Shown: positions 18,321 through 29,291 of the stretch, in pieces
How positions within the stretch are numbered: the first letter of the stretch is position 1
Layout of the letters: each line of letters begins with the position of its first letter
DNA from: an uncultured bacterium
GTDB taxonomy: Bacteria; Patescibacteriota; Minisyncoccia; Phycocordibacterales; GCA-2401445
Reading direction: 5' to 3'
DNA length: 64,000 bases
NCBI GenBank assembly: GCA_937952265.1
Contig: CALFYW010000055.1
Location: 149,030 to 213,029 of the forward strand
Position numbers and translations under genes: made by a program
Notes under the pieces: model-generated
The model's input: the letters and a program-made list of their open reading frames with translations, nothing else
Databases searched by the model: none
Told to the model about the DNA's origin: nothing

Positions 18321-19589
18321 TTAATAGTTTTTCAGTTGATTTGATTCTTCGTGTTGCCGAATTTTCTCGTGAGCCTTCGCTTCAATCTGTCGGATTCTTT
18401 CTCGAGTCACCCCGAACTCTTTCCCTACTTCTTCCAATGTGTGGGTGATTCCGTCATGCAATCCATTTCGCATTTCAAGAATACGTCGTTCTTTCGGGGA
18501 AAGATCATCAAGAATATTTCGAATTTGATCAGCAAGAATACGCCGTGAGGATTCCTGGTCTGGAGAAAGAATTTTATCATCAGGGATAAAGTCTTTGAGT
18601 GTTGATTTACCGTCATCACCATCATCCCCTACGGGGCTCTCGAGAGAGACCGTGTCCTGATTTATTTTTTCAATGGTATGTATTTTTTCCACATCTACTC
18701 CCATTTCGACCGCGATCTCTTCAGGTAGTGGGTCTCGGCCAAGATCCTGGCTTAATCGTCGTACCACCTGCTTATATTTTGCGATCGTCTCCACCATGTG
18801 TACTGGTATGCGGATGGTTCTTGATTGATCGGCGAGCGCTCGTGTGATTGCTTGTCTGATCCACCATGTCGCATAGGTTGAAAATTTATATCCTTTTGTC
18901 CAATCAAATTTATCAACTGCTTTAAACAGTCCTAGGTTTCCTTCTTGGATTAGATCAAGAAGGGTGAGGTCTGGACTTCGTCCAACATATTTCTTTGCAA
19001 TTGAGACCACCAGTCGCAAGTTTGCTCGCGCCAGGAGGTTTGTTGCTTCAGTATCTCCCGCAATAATTCGCTGTGCCAACTCTCTTTCTTGTGCCGCGTT
19101 GAGGAGCGGGTATTGGCCAATCCCTTTTAGATACATTTGGATTGAGTCGTAATGATTATCACCGCCACTGTAGAGATATTTATTATTCCCTTCTGGACTG
19201 AGAGTATCAAGTTCGAGCATATTACCTCCTTCAAGCACATCAACGCCAGCAGTATTAAGTTTCTCGTAAATCTCCTCGAGGAAAATAATATCTTCTTCAA
19301 TATGTGGAAATTCTTTTAAAATTTCATCATACGTGACAAACCCACGTTCTTTTCCTTTAGTAAGAAGTCGATTGAGCCGAGCTTCTCGATCGGATGCAGA
19401 TTTCTTTCTTTTTGATGTTTTTGACGCTCGAGGACTTTTCTTCGACGCTATTTTCTTGGTCGATTTTTTTTGTTTTGAGTTTTGTTTTTTTGTAGTCCTC
19501 GATGTTCGGCTCGCTTTCTTCTTTTTTGATGATGATGTTGAGACTTTTTTCTTTGCAGTCGATTTTTTTGTTGATTTAGATTTTGGCAT
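18321..19589 (-). CDS. rpoD: RNA polymerase sigma-70 factor RpoD with lysine-rich N-terminal extension
   Basis: Region 2 ([24 protein letters not shown]) and region 4 ([23 protein letters not shown]). Directly downstream of dnaG. Confidence 0.9.
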   Translation of the reverse strand: MPKSKSTKKSTAKKKVSTSSSKKKKASRTSRTTKKQNSKQKKSTKKIASKKSPRASKTSKRKKSASDREARLNRLLTKGKERGFVTYDEILKEFPHIEEDIIFLEEIYEKLNTAGVDVLEGGNMLELDTLSPEGNNKYLYSGGDNHYDSIQMYLKGIGQYPLLNAAQERELAQRIIAGDTEATNLLARANLRLVVSIAKKYVGRSPDLTLLDLIQEGNLGLFKAVDKFDWTKGYKFSTYATWWIRQAITRALADQSRTIRIPVHMVETIAKYKQVVRRLSQDLGRDPLPEEIAVEMGVDVEKIHTIEKINQDTVSLESPVGDDGDDGKSTLKDFIPDDKILSPDQESSRRILADQIRNILDDLSPKERRILEMRNGLHDGITHTLEEVGKEFGVTRERIRQIEAKAHEKIRQHEESNQLKNY

Positions 19590-19695
19590 AGAGATAGTGC
19601 TATTTTTGTTAGGCTTTTTTATTTTTTAAGTGGTGTTAGCGAGAGAATACCAGGCATTTTTTTGAGCCTGATCTGAAAGGTTATATTATATCATG

Positions 19696-21426
19696 TCAGG
19701 TAGCATGTAAATATTTTTGAGAAGAGAGCTGTTCTGCCGCATGATGGTATGCTTTAAGCGCTTCAGTAATCCTCTCTTCATCACCCGAGTGCTCAGCTTG
19801 GCGCAGTGCAACCGCGGCCTGCTCTTTTTCTCTAAGTAACACCTCTTTTTTCAACTCAAAAAGCAAGTCTTCCATTTCTTTCTCAAATTGTTCGGGGTCT
19901 TTGAGGCGGAGTTTTGCTTCAATTTGTGCCCGTGGAGTATCAATTTTTAATGCGCTAATTCTTTCAAATTCATCTTCTTGGGTAATTTTCTTCAACATAT
20001 CCTCCATTCGTTTTCTGTCGAATATTTTTTGGGGGAGATATTCTGCGATATGCATGAGTCTTCCGATTTGCCTTTCGACACGCTCTTTTCTTGTTCGTGA
20101 TTCTTTTGTTCTCTCTTGATTTTTTGCTCCCTCGGAGTGAGGAAGTGCTCGGGATTGAGACTCTTCGTAGTCACGCAATTCTTTTTCAAAGGTGGAGAGA
20201 TTAAGGTCAAGTTTTCGAACAATATCTCGCATAAACTCTTCTTGCACCATTCGATGAGGTATTTCCGCGACCAAGGGAATCAATCGTGCCCCGACTTCTT
20301 TTATTTGCTCATGTCGGTTATCAGCATAACGCTGAACCACTTTATCAAGAAAAAAATGAATGATTGGTTTTGGCTTTGAAAGGAGTGCTTCCCATTGCGA
20401 TGGGTCGGCTTTGATGATGGACGCGGGATCATTTCCGTTTGGTAAATCGCATACTAAAACATCAAAACCTTCTCGAAGCGCGCGAGCTCCGTTTGAAAAG
20501 AGTGAACGCTCTCCCGCGCCATCTGCGTCAAGCGCGAAATATATTTTTTGAGCTAAACGTTTAAGTATTTTGAATTGAGGATCGCTTAGGGCTGTTCCTG
20601 AGAGCGCAATCGTATTTTGCGTACCTGCTTGATGTGCCAATACCATATCGAGTTGTCCTTCTACGATGATTACCTCCTTGGTGTTTCGGATCGCTTGTTT
20701 CGCTTTGTCGTATCCATAAAGCGCATGTGACTTGTTGAAGAGAGGAGTCTCGGGGCTATTGATATATTTTGCTGATGCCGCGCTGTCTTTTGCGTCTGGC
20801 AATATTCTGCCAGAAAACGCGATGGTTCTCCCCGACGCGTCACAGATAGGAAACATGATTCTCTCACGAAATGTATCGTAGAAACCTCGCTGGCCTGATT
20901 TGCTTAATCCAACATGGAGAATATCTTGAGCTCGATGTTTTCTTTTTTGAGTGAGCCATTCATAGAGAGACTGCCACGAGGCAGGCGCAAAACCGATACG
21001 AAATTTTTTAGCGACTTCCTCCGTTACTCCCCGCTCTAGAAGATAGGCGCGCGCTCGGTCTGATTTGGTAAGAAGGAAGGCGTAGAAGCGTGTTGCATCC
21101 TCCATAATGTCAAAGAGTGTCTCTTGGTTATCTCGGTTCTGGTATTGATTGGTGAGTGTGATTCCTGCGCGTTCCGCGAGCATCCGAAGGGACCCCTTGA
21201 AATCAATACCTTCCATCTCTTGAATAAAGGTAAAGATATCACCTCCTTTTTGAGTAGAAAAACAGTAGTAGACATTCTCTTCAGGAGAGACAAAGAAAGA
21301 CGGTGTTTTTTCTTGCGAGAATGGGGATATGCCTTTATAGTTTTTTCCAGCTTTTTTAAGCGAAACGTAATCTGAGACCACGTCGACAATGCTAACCGCT
21401 TGTTTTATTCGGTCGATGTCATTCAT
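19696..21426 (-). CDS. dnaG: DNA primase
   Basis: TOPRIM motifs (EGQLDMV, YFALDADGAGE) and RNA-polymerase-like core. The N-terminal zinc-binding region is present but the canonical Cys/His ligands are replaced (SPFS...YYCFSTQ). Confidence 0.9.
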   Translation of the reverse strand: MNDIDRIKQAVSIVDVVSDYVSLKKAGKNYKGISPFSQEKTPSFFVSPEENVYYCFSTQKGGDIFTFIQEMEGIDFKGSLRMLAERAGITLTNQYQNRDNQETLFDIMEDATRFYAFLLTKSDRARAYLLERGVTEEVAKKFRIGFAPASWQSLYEWLTQKRKHRAQDILHVGLSKSGQRGFYDTFRERIMFPICDASGRTIAFSGRILPDAKDSAASAKYINSPETPLFNKSHALYGYDKAKQAIRNTKEVIIVEGQLDMVLAHQAGTQNTIALSGTALSDPQFKILKRLAQKIYFALDADGAGERSLFSNGARALREGFDVLVCDLPNGNDPASIIKADPSQWEALLSKPKPIIHFFLDKVVQRYADNRHEQIKEVGARLIPLVAEIPHRMVQEEFMRDIVRKLDLNLSTFEKELRDYEESQSRALPHSEGAKNQERTKESRTRKERVERQIGRLMHIAEYLPQKIFDRKRMEDMLKKITQEDEFERISALKIDTPRAQIEAKLRLKDPEQFEKEMEDLLFELKKEVLLREKEQAAVALRQAEHSGDEERITEALKAYHHAAEQLSSQKYLHAT

Positions 21427-21447
21427 GTGTCGTGATGACGAGAATAA

Positions 21448-24400
21448 CTAATTTTCCGCGTGCTTGCTGTGATTGTGTTCGGAAGATTCAAAGTCGCGAA
21501 CCGTTTGCACCATTTCATGTTTGGGGCTTCCGTGATATCCGGTTCCTGCGGGAATAAGGCGTCCGATAATGACGTTCTCCATAAGTCCTTTGAGTTGGTC
21601 AATACTCCCTCGAATCGCCGCGTTTATCAATACCTTAGTGGTGTGTTGGAAGGATGCCGCGGAGAGGAAGCTTGATCGGGTCAATGATACTTCTGAGATT
21701 CCAAGCACTAAGAGGTCTCCTTTTGCTTCTTCTCCGCCAGATTCTTTGGCCATTCGATTCTTTTCTTGGAGTTCTCCAAATTCGACAATATCACCAACTG
21801 AGAGATCGGTATCACCCGGATCAGTAACCTTTCGTCGGGAAAACATCTGGCGTACGATAACCTCAATGTGTTTTCGAGACATCGCTCCTCCTTGAAGTTC
21901 GTAAATCTTGCTAATTTCTTGAATGATATAGTTTTGCGCTTTCTCAATACCTGCGTACTTAAAGAGGTCTTGGATATCCGCTGATCCGTCAGTTAAGAGA
22001 TCTCCCCGTTTAACGGTATCTCCTTCTTTTACGGTAGTAATTCTCCTAAAGTGCACCTGGTATTCAGCAGGTTTTTTTATCTTGCTTCCTGCTTCAGGAC
22101 TTACGACAATCACTTTTTCTTTTCCTTCGTCCTTGATTTCAGAGACGATACCATCGATCGTGGCAATGACTGCTGGGTTTCTTGGGAGTCGGCGTTCAAA
22201 CACTTCTTCAACACGAGGCAGACCCGCGGTAATATCTCCACCTACCGTTGCGGTACCTCCTGAATGGAACGTACGCATAGTAAGCTGCGTTCCTGGTTCC
22301 CCAATAGCTTGTGCCGCAATAGTTCCAACCGCTTCTCCAACATCAACCACTTCGTTATTTCCAAGGTCTTGTCCATAACAGGTTTGGCAGATTCCCCGGA
22401 GTGTTTCGCATGAGAGCGGTGTACGCACTCGAACCGAATCAACCCCCGCATTCTCAATTGTTTTTGAGTCTTGTTTGGTAATGAAGTGTCCCTTCTTGAA
22501 TAATTTATTACCTTGAGCGTCTTTAATTTCTTCCGCAAGGAATCGTCCTCGGATTGCTTTTGCGAGAGAAAGTTCCATACCTGAAATATTTTCTTTCCTG
22601 ATGAGTGTCGACTGCTTAGTACCGCAATCTTTTTCGGAAATGATTGCGTCTTGCGCAACAACGAAAAGACGACGTGTTAAGTAACCTGCTTTCGCGGTGT
22701 TAAGTGCGGTATCCGCGAGACCTTTTCGCGATCCGTGAGTAGTGGTGAAGTATTCAATAGGAGTAAGACCTTCTTTTGAGGATGAAATTACTGGATACTC
22801 AATGACGTTTCCTGAGGTACTCGCAATAAGTCCCTTCATTCCCGCCATTTGGGTAATATTTCCAATGGTACCTCTTGCACCTGAGGTAATCATGTCGAAG
22901 ACCGAACCATTTGGATCTAGGGTTCCGGGAAGCATCTTCTCTACCTGATCTTTAGCAGAAAGCCAAATTTCAATATTTTTTCGATAACGCTCTTCTTCAG
23001 AAAGGAGTCCTTCGTTGTACTGTGCAAAAATTTCTTCAGAACGTGTTCGTGCGGCGCTGATTACTTCTCCTTTCTTCTCAGGTACTTTAATATCATCAAT
23101 ACCCCATGTGATTCCGGATCGGGTAATATAGTGGAAACCGAATGATTTGATTTTATCAAGGATTGGAGGAACCGCGTCAATGCCGTAACGGTTAATTAAG
23201 TCATCAACCAATGCTGACATCCCTTCCTTGTTGATTTCTTTATTGAGGAAGGGGTAATCATTTGGAAGCACGCTGTTGAAAAGAAGGCGTCCAACGGTTG
23301 TTTCAAAAACATTCCCTTCAAACTCTTTGTACTTTTCATTATTTGTTGGTAATACTTTAATCACCGCACGAAAACCAACAACGCCAAAATCGTATGCCGT
23401 AATCGCGTTATTTGGTGATGGGAAAATCTTTCCTTCGCCAATCTCTCCAGGGACGAGTTTGGTCATCCAGTAACAGCCGAGCACAATATCAAGTTTCGCA
23501 GAGACAATTGCCTCGCCATTACCCGGCCCTAAAAGATTTTTATTCGATGCCATGATCTCTTGCGCTTCTTTCTGCGCGGCACGAGAAAGGGGCACGTGCA
23601 CAGCCATTTGGTCGCCATCGAAATCCGCATTAAACGCGGTACAGATCAATGGGTGTACTTGTATCGCATTCCCTTCGATTAAGAGTGGCTTGAACGCTTG
23701 GATACCAAGACGGTGAAGTGTAGGGGCTCGGTTGAGCAGTACGTGCTTGTCTTTTATGACTTCTTCAAGTATTTCCCATACTTCTTCACGACCCTCATCA
23801 ATTAAACGTCCCGCGCCACGAATGTTGTACGCAAGCTGTCGTTTCAAGAGTTCCGCAATAATGAATGGTCTAAACAATTCTAGTGCCATGTGTTTTGGAA
23901 GGCCACATTCATTAAGTTTTAATTCTGGGCCTACCACAATCACTGATCGTCCAGAATAGTCAACGCGCTTACCCAGAAGGTTCTGACGAAGAATACCTGG
24001 CTTTCCTTTGAGATTATCGGAGAGTGATTTAAGCGGTCGACGTTGCGCTTGACTGATTGCCGAGAATGGCGCATTTCCGTGTCGAATTGAGTTATCAATG
24101 AGAGCATCAACTGCTTCTTGGAGAATTCTTTTTTCGTTTCGCAAAATAACATCAGGTGCGTTGATTTCAAGCAGTTTTTTCAAACGATTATTTCGGTTTA
24201 TCACTCGACGATAAAGGTCGTTTACGTCTGAAGTAGCATGGCGACCACCAACAAGCGCTACCATAGGCCGAAGGCCAGGAGGAATCACTGGTATGGTGTT
24301 CAGAAACATCCACTCAGGTCGAATTTGCGCGTTTATCATGCCTGAAATTAACGAGAGTCTTTTGTTGAGACGAACACGGTCTACCGCGTTTGCCTTTTCA

Positions 24401-25137
24401 AGCGCAACGATAATTTTTTCTTTGAGATTCTCTAAATCAATCTTTTTAAGGAGATCAAAAATAGCTTCACCTCCGATGCCCGCTTCAAACATGGTGCCAA
24501 ACTTCACTGAAAAACGGTGATAGGTTACCTCATCAAAAATAGCACCATCTCGAATACTCCCAACTTCTTTTTTGGTATGAAGCATGAGCTCTTTGAGTTT
24601 TTCCCGAGAACGTTCGTCATTGAGGTTCTTTGATTTGGTTCGGTATTCGTTGTCGATTTCCTTGAGGATTCGGTTTTTCTCACTCTCAACTACTTTGGTA
24701 ACAATGTAGCCAGCAAAATAAATCACCCGCTCAAGATCAGAGACATTAATACCGAGCAGTAAACCAATTCGTGAAGGAATACCGCGAAGAAACCAAATGT
24801 GTGCTACAGGCGTTGCAAGCTCGATATGCCCCATTCGTTCTCGACGAACAATTGATCGAGTAATCTCTACACCACATTTTTCACACACAATACCTCGATA
24901 GCGAATACCGCGATATTTTCCACAATAACATTCAAAATCTTTTTCTGGTCCAAAGATTTTTTCATCAAAGAGCCCGCCTTTCTCACTTCGCTGAGTACGA
25001 TAATTGATCGTTTCTGGTTTAACTACTTCCCCAAAAGACCATTCTTTAATACGTTCTGGAGAGGCAAGCTTAAGCGTGAGCATATTAAACTCTTCTTGAG
25101 CCACGTTTTTTGATTTTTTATGTGTTGATGTTTCCAT
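21448..25137 (-). CDS. rpoC: DNA-directed RNA polymerase subunit beta prime
   Basis: 1229 aa. NADFDGD catalytic motif, trigger loop and bridge helix regions. Follows rpoB. Confidence 0.97.
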   Translation of the reverse strand: METSTHKKSKNVAQEEFNMLTLKLASPERIKEWSFGEVVKPETINYRTQRSEKGGLFDEKIFGPEKDFECYCGKYRGIRYRGIVCEKCGVEITRSIVRRERMGHIELATPVAHIWFLRGIPSRIGLLLGINVSDLERVIYFAGYIVTKVVESEKNRILKEIDNEYRTKSKNLNDERSREKLKELMLHTKKEVGSIRDGAIFDEVTYHRFSVKFGTMFEAGIGGEAIFDLLKKIDLENLKEKIIVALEKANAVDRVRLNKRLSLISGMINAQIRPEWMFLNTIPVIPPGLRPMVALVGGRHATSDVNDLYRRVINRNNRLKKLLEINAPDVILRNEKRILQEAVDALIDNSIRHGNAPFSAISQAQRRPLKSLSDNLKGKPGILRQNLLGKRVDYSGRSVIVVGPELKLNECGLPKHMALELFRPFIIAELLKRQLAYNIRGAGRLIDEGREEVWEILEEVIKDKHVLLNRAPTLHRLGIQAFKPLLIEGNAIQVHPLICTAFNADFDGDQMAVHVPLSRAAQKEAQEIMASNKNLLGPGNGEAIVSAKLDIVLGCYWMTKLVPGEIGEGKIFPSPNNAITAYDFGVVGFRAVIKVLPTNNEKYKEFEGNVFETTVGRLLFNSVLPNDYPFLNKEINKEGMSALVDDLINRYGIDAVPPILDKIKSFGFHYITRSGITWGIDDIKVPEKKGEVISAARTRSEEIFAQYNEGLLSEEERYRKNIEIWLSAKDQVEKMLPGTLDPNGSVFDMITSGARGTIGNITQMAGMKGLIASTSGNVIEYPVISSSKEGLTPIEYFTTTHGSRKGLADTALNTAKAGYLTRRLFVVAQDAIISEKDCGTKQSTLIRKENISGMELSLAKAIRGRFLAEEIKDAQGNKLFKKGHFITKQDSKTIENAGVDSVRVRTPLSCETLRGICQTCYGQDLGNNEVVDVGEAVGTIAAQAIGEPGTQLTMRTFHSGGTATVGGDITAGLPRVEEVFERRLPRNPAVIATIDGIVSEIKDEGKEKVIVVSPEAGSKIKKPAEYQVHFRRITTVKEGDTVKRGDLLTDGSADIQDLFKYAGIEKAQNYIIQEISKIYELQGGAMSRKHIEVIVRQMFSRRKVTDPGDTDLSVGDIVEFGELQEKNRMAKESGGEEAKGDLLVLGISEVSLTRSSFLSAASFQHTTKVLINAAIRGSIDQLKGLMENVIIGRLIPAGTGYHGSPKHEMVQTVRDFESSEHNHSKHAEN

Positions 25138-25147
25138 ACGTATATGT

Positions 25148-28100
25148 TTAATTCTTTTGAGTAAAATCTTCTTTCGTCAACTGCACATCAAGCGCTAAGC
25201 CACGCAAATTGTTCAATAAGATATTGAAGGATGCAGGGGTACGAGGCTCTTCGATTGGAGCGCCTTTAACGATTGAGTCAAATGCTTGTGATCGGCCTAC
25301 AATATCATCCGATTTAATCGTAAGGATTTCGCGTAAAGTGTGGGCGGCACCATAACCAAGCAATGCCCAGACTTCCATTTCTCCAAATCGTTGTCCTCCA
25401 TTCTGTGCCTTTCCTCCAAGTGGCTGTTGGGTGATGAGCGAATAAGGGCCAATTGATCGCATGTGGATCTTATCTTCAACCATGTGGTGCAATTTCAGGA
25501 TGTACATGTATCCAATTGCGCTTTTTTGTTCAAAAGGAACCCCCGTTCTTCCGTCTAGGAGTTGGACCTTTCCGTCTTCTGGAAATCCCGCTTTCTTTAA
25601 CTCCTCTTTTATTTCCTCATCAGTTGCACCCGCAAACGGAGGCACGATCGCCTGGTAATTAAGGGTGTGAGCCGCAAGACCCAAGTGCATTTCAAGAATT
25701 TGCCCGAGGTTCATTCGAGAAGGAACACCAAGCGGAGTAAGGATCACGTCGATAGGAGTTCCGTCTGCCATATACGGCATATCTTCTTCTGGAAGGATTT
25801 TTGAAATAACGCCCTTGTTTCCGTGTCGCCCGGCGAGTTTGTCACCGACTGAGATATTTCGGAGTTGAGCAACCGTGATGTAGATGCGCTTTATGACTCC
25901 TGAATCAAGCGAGTCTCCGTGTTCACGGGAGAATATTTTTACCCCAATCACGCGTCCTTCTTTTCCGTTTGGCATGCGAAGTGACGTGTCTTTAACATCA
26001 CGAGCTTTTTCACCGAAAATAGAGCGCAATAGGCGTTCTTCCGGAGTAAGTTGTGTTTCCCCTTTTGGAGTAATTTTTCCTACTAAAATATCTCCGGCAC
26101 GTACTTCGGATCCAATGCGCACGACACCCTCTTCATCCAAGTTCTTGAGTTTTAACTCGCCAATATTCGGAATATCGTGTGTGGTTACTTCAGGGCCAAG
26201 TTTGGTATCATGCACATCAACACTAAACTCATCGATATGGATGTTTGCAAATTTGTTATTTTTAACTAATCGATCTGAAATGATGATCGCATCTTCGTAG
26301 TTAGACCCTGACCATGACATAAAGGCAACCAACACATTCTGACCAAGCGCTATTTCACCTCGATCGCTTGAAGACGTATCGGCAATAACTGTTCCCTTCT
26401 TTACCTTGTCATTGAGCGACACAATAGGTCGCTGGTGGAAAGAAGTAAAACCGTTTGTCCTGGTAAAGGTAACCATAGGGTAGTGTACTTCTTTACCCTT
26501 GGTATTTTTTATACTAATTCCTCGGGCATCAACTTTAGAGACAGTCCCTTCTTCTGTAGCAACAATGACACGTCCCGTATCAATAGCCGCGTCAGCCTCT
26601 ATCCCTGTTGCAACGAGTGGTTTTTCTGGGATAAGACATGGTGTGGCCTGTTTTTGCATGTTTGAACCCATGAGCGCGCGGTTCGCATCATCATGATTCA
26701 AGAAAGGAATCATTGATGTTGCGACTGAAAATGCCTGATTAGGAGCGACATCAATGAAATCAACCTCATTCTTTGATACGAATGCGCGGTCTCCCTTTGT
26801 TCGAACTTCAACCTGATCCTCAAGGATTTTTCCGTTCCCATCTCGTTCAATCGCTGAGTGCGCAATTGCGTACTGCTCTTCTTCCAAAGCATTTAAATAG
26901 ACAATTTCATTGGTGATATTTCCTGATTTAACTCGAGCATACGGCGTTTCAATAATTCCGAAATCATTAATGCGCGCGTAGATAGAGAGGTGAAGGATAA
27001 GCCCGATGTTCGGACCTTCAGGAGTGTGAGTAGGACACACTCGACCGTAGTGAGAAGGGTGTACGTCGCGCACCTCAATTCCCGCCCGTTCTCTCTCAAG
27101 ACCTCCCGGACCAAGAGCAGAAAATGTTCGGAGGTGTTCAACCTCTGCCAAGATATTTTCTTGGTTCATGAATTGCGAGAGTTGGTTCGTGGTGAAGAAT
27201 TCTTTAATACGCGCTTGAAGCGGACGAGGGTTTATAAACTGAACCGGAAGCGTTGCGTCGACATCGATCGTAGACATTCGGTCTTGAATGTTTCGCTTCA
27301 TATGAGACATTCCTACTCGGAATTTCTGCTGCATCATCTCTCCCATATAGCGAACTCGGCGTGATCCCAAGTGATCAATGTCATCAGGCATTGATTTTGG
27401 ATCTTTAGCCAGTACCGTAATATGTTTAATAATACTCAATACATCCTCAAGAGAAATAGTGCGGCGTTCGAGCTCTTCTTTTTCAAGACTTTTCTCAAAC
27501 CGTTTGTTAAAGCGAAAACGTCCTACATTAGAAAGGTCATAACGTTCCGGACCAAGAATCGACTGAATGAACTCTTTCGCGTTTTCAGGAGTTGCCAAAT
27601 CTCCGTCACGAAGGCGCTTGTGAATCTCTACGTATGCGTCACTCACGGTCTTTGCGGGATCTTTCGCGAGAGTTTCTTTAAGAACTGTAGCCACCTCTTC
27701 ATCTTTTTTGCCCAATGCAAGAATTGCCTCATCGGTTTCAGCGCCGAGGACTCTTAAAAGTGAAGTGATAGGAAACTTTCGTTTTCGGTCGATTCGAACA
27801 TGCAGTGTCGCGTCGGTATCTGATTCAATTTCAATCCACGCTCCTCGCGAAGGGATAATTTTTGCTCCAAAACAGCGTTTTCCTCGAAGTTCCTGCAAGG
27901 TAAAGGAAACACCAAATGAGCGGATAAGTTGCGGCACAATCACGCGCTCTACCCCGTTGATGATAAAGGTGCCATGCGGAGTCATGAGTGGAAAATCAGC
28001 TAAAAAGATTTTCTGGCTCTTTCGGGTACCTCGAGTTTTATTGTAAAGAGATATCTCCGCTTTTAACGGAATTTCATAGGTAAGCTTATTTGCTTTCGCG

Positions 28101-28360
28101 TAATGTTCATCGTATTTGGGCTCATCAAGCTCAAAATTTTTAAAAGAAAGTTCAAATTTTTTCCCCGCATAGTCAGTAATAGGAGAAAATTCTTTGAAGA
28201 TTTCACCGAGCCCTGTTTTTAAGAGGAGTTCGAAAGATTTTGTTTGGTTTTCAACCAAATCTGGAAGCGCGGTCAATGGCGGTTTAAAGTGTTTGAAATA
28301 CTTTTTTTCTGTTTTTATCATAAATTTAAGTTTTAAATTAAATGATGCAATTTTGCCCAA
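25148..28360 (-). CDS. rpoB: DNA-directed RNA polymerase subunit beta (alternative start 28321)
   Basis: 1070 aa with conserved beta subunit blocks throughout (GEMEVWAL, rifampicin-binding region and others). Confidence 0.97.
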   Translation of the reverse strand: MGKIASFNLKLKFMIKTEKKYFKHFKPPLTALPDLVENQTKSFELLLKTGLGEIFKEFSPITDYAGKKFELSFKNFELDEPKYDEHYAKANKLTYEIPLKAEISLYNKTRGTRKSQKIFLADFPLMTPHGTFIINGVERVIVPQLIRSFGVSFTLQELRGKRCFGAKIIPSRGAWIEIESDTDATLHVRIDRKRKFPITSLLRVLGAETDEAILALGKKDEEVATVLKETLAKDPAKTVSDAYVEIHKRLRDGDLATPENAKEFIQSILGPERYDLSNVGRFRFNKRFEKSLEKEELERRTISLEDVLSIIKHITVLAKDPKSMPDDIDHLGSRRVRYMGEMMQQKFRVGMSHMKRNIQDRMSTIDVDATLPVQFINPRPLQARIKEFFTTNQLSQFMNQENILAEVEHLRTFSALGPGGLERERAGIEVRDVHPSHYGRVCPTHTPEGPNIGLILHLSIYARINDFGIIETPYARVKSGNITNEIVYLNALEEEQYAIAHSAIERDGNGKILEDQVEVRTKGDRAFVSKNEVDFIDVAPNQAFSVATSMIPFLNHDDANRALMGSNMQKQATPCLIPEKPLVATGIEADAAIDTGRVIVATEEGTVSKVDARGISIKNTKGKEVHYPMVTFTRTNGFTSFHQRPIVSLNDKVKKGTVIADTSSSDRGEIALGQNVLVAFMSWSGSNYEDAIIISDRLVKNNKFANIHIDEFSVDVHDTKLGPEVTTHDIPNIGELKLKNLDEEGVVRIGSEVRAGDILVGKITPKGETQLTPEERLLRSIFGEKARDVKDTSLRMPNGKEGRVIGVKIFSREHGDSLDSGVIKRIYITVAQLRNISVGDKLAGRHGNKGVISKILPEEDMPYMADGTPIDVILTPLGVPSRMNLGQILEMHLGLAAHTLNYQAIVPPFAGATDEEIKEELKKAGFPEDGKVQLLDGRTGVPFEQKSAIGYMYILKLHHMVEDKIHMRSIGPYSLITQQPLGGKAQNGGQRFGEMEVWALLGYGAAHTLREILTIKSDDIVGRSQAFDSIVKGAPIEEPRTPASFNILLNNLRGLALDVQLTKEDFTQKN

Positions 28361-28569
28361 ACACAGAGAAAAAATGCCTTTTTAGCGAAGAGGCATTTTC
28401 TGGAGGCGTTTAGTTAGCATTGCTGCAACAACATTATGATTTATTAAAAAAGACACTAACGCCTGCGTTATTCCACCACAACTCAATCTTTCCCCAGACG
28501 GGGGAAAGTATACACGTCAGTAAATAATTGTCAAGATATACCTGTGGATAATGGATAACAAAGGTTCTT

Positions 28570-29229
28570 TTATTTTCTACTTTTTTTATGTTTTATGCGC
28601 CAGGATTCGATATCCTTATGATTTCCAGAACGAAGTATTTTAGGGACTCGGTACTTTTTTCCTTCAAAGACGAGTGTCTCAGGCCTGGTATATACGTCAG
28701 CTGAGGCAGTGCGATTCTCCTCAAGCGAAAGAGGATTTCCTAATACGCCAGGTATTTGGCGAACTATTGCATCGACAATTACAAGTGAGGGTACCTCACC
28801 GCCGGTAAGCGTGTACGGGCCAATAGAGATTTCTTGCGCGCGCAGTGCTTTACGGACTCGCGCGTCAATGCCTTCATAATGCCCCGCGATTAAAATAATA
28901 TGAGAGTGTAATTTTGCAAATTTCTTGGCGTGAGTTCGATTGAACTCAATACCTTGTGGCGCGGTAATGAGCACTTTTGCTTTTGAATATTTTTTCTTTA
29001 TTTTCTTGACCACACTAAGGATGGGCCCTGCTTTTAATACCATCCCAGGGCCTCCACCATAGGGCTTATCATCCGCTTTCCGATGTATATCAGTAGTGAA
29101 ATCACGTGGGTTGTATACTACCACTCGAATTTTTTTCTGTTTTTGGGCACGCAAAAGCATTGAGGTAGTAAGATACGGAGTCACAACCTCTGGGAATAGC
29201 GTAATAATATGAAAAGTAATCATATTCAA
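28570..29229 (-). CDS. trmD: tRNA (guanine37-N1)-methyltransferase
   Basis: SPOUT fold. HIITLFPE start, AGHYEGIDARV motif. 219 aa. Confidence 0.92.
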   Translation of the reverse strand: MNMITFHIITLFPEVVTPYLTTSMLLRAQKQKKIRVVVYNPRDFTTDIHRKADDKPYGGGPGMVLKAGPILSVVKKIKKKYSKAKVLITAPQGIEFNRTHAKKFAKLHSHIILIAGHYEGIDARVRKALRAQEISIGPYTLTGGEVPSLVIVDAIVRQIPGVLGNPLSLEENRTASADVYTRPETLVFEGKKYRVPKILRSGNHKDIESWRIKHKKSRK

Positions 29230-29291
29230 ATAAAAAATCTGTAGTATGTTTATACCACAGATTTTCTATTTTGTCATTTTATGGAGATACG

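Noticed and set aside
21460-28046. Many 60-140-aa ORFs on the plus strand inside rpoB and rpoC
   Set aside because: They lie antisense to highly conserved RNA polymerase genes and are composition artefacts.
28372-28405. Hairpin aaaatgcc...ggcatttt with a T run just upstream of the rpoB start
   Set aside because: A 13-nt loop and weak AU-rich stem make it at best a weak attenuator. It is not confident enough to list as a feature.
29236-29275. AU-rich hairpin between the KH gene and trmD
   Set aside because: The stem is short and AU-rich, so it is probably not a functional terminator inside the operon.
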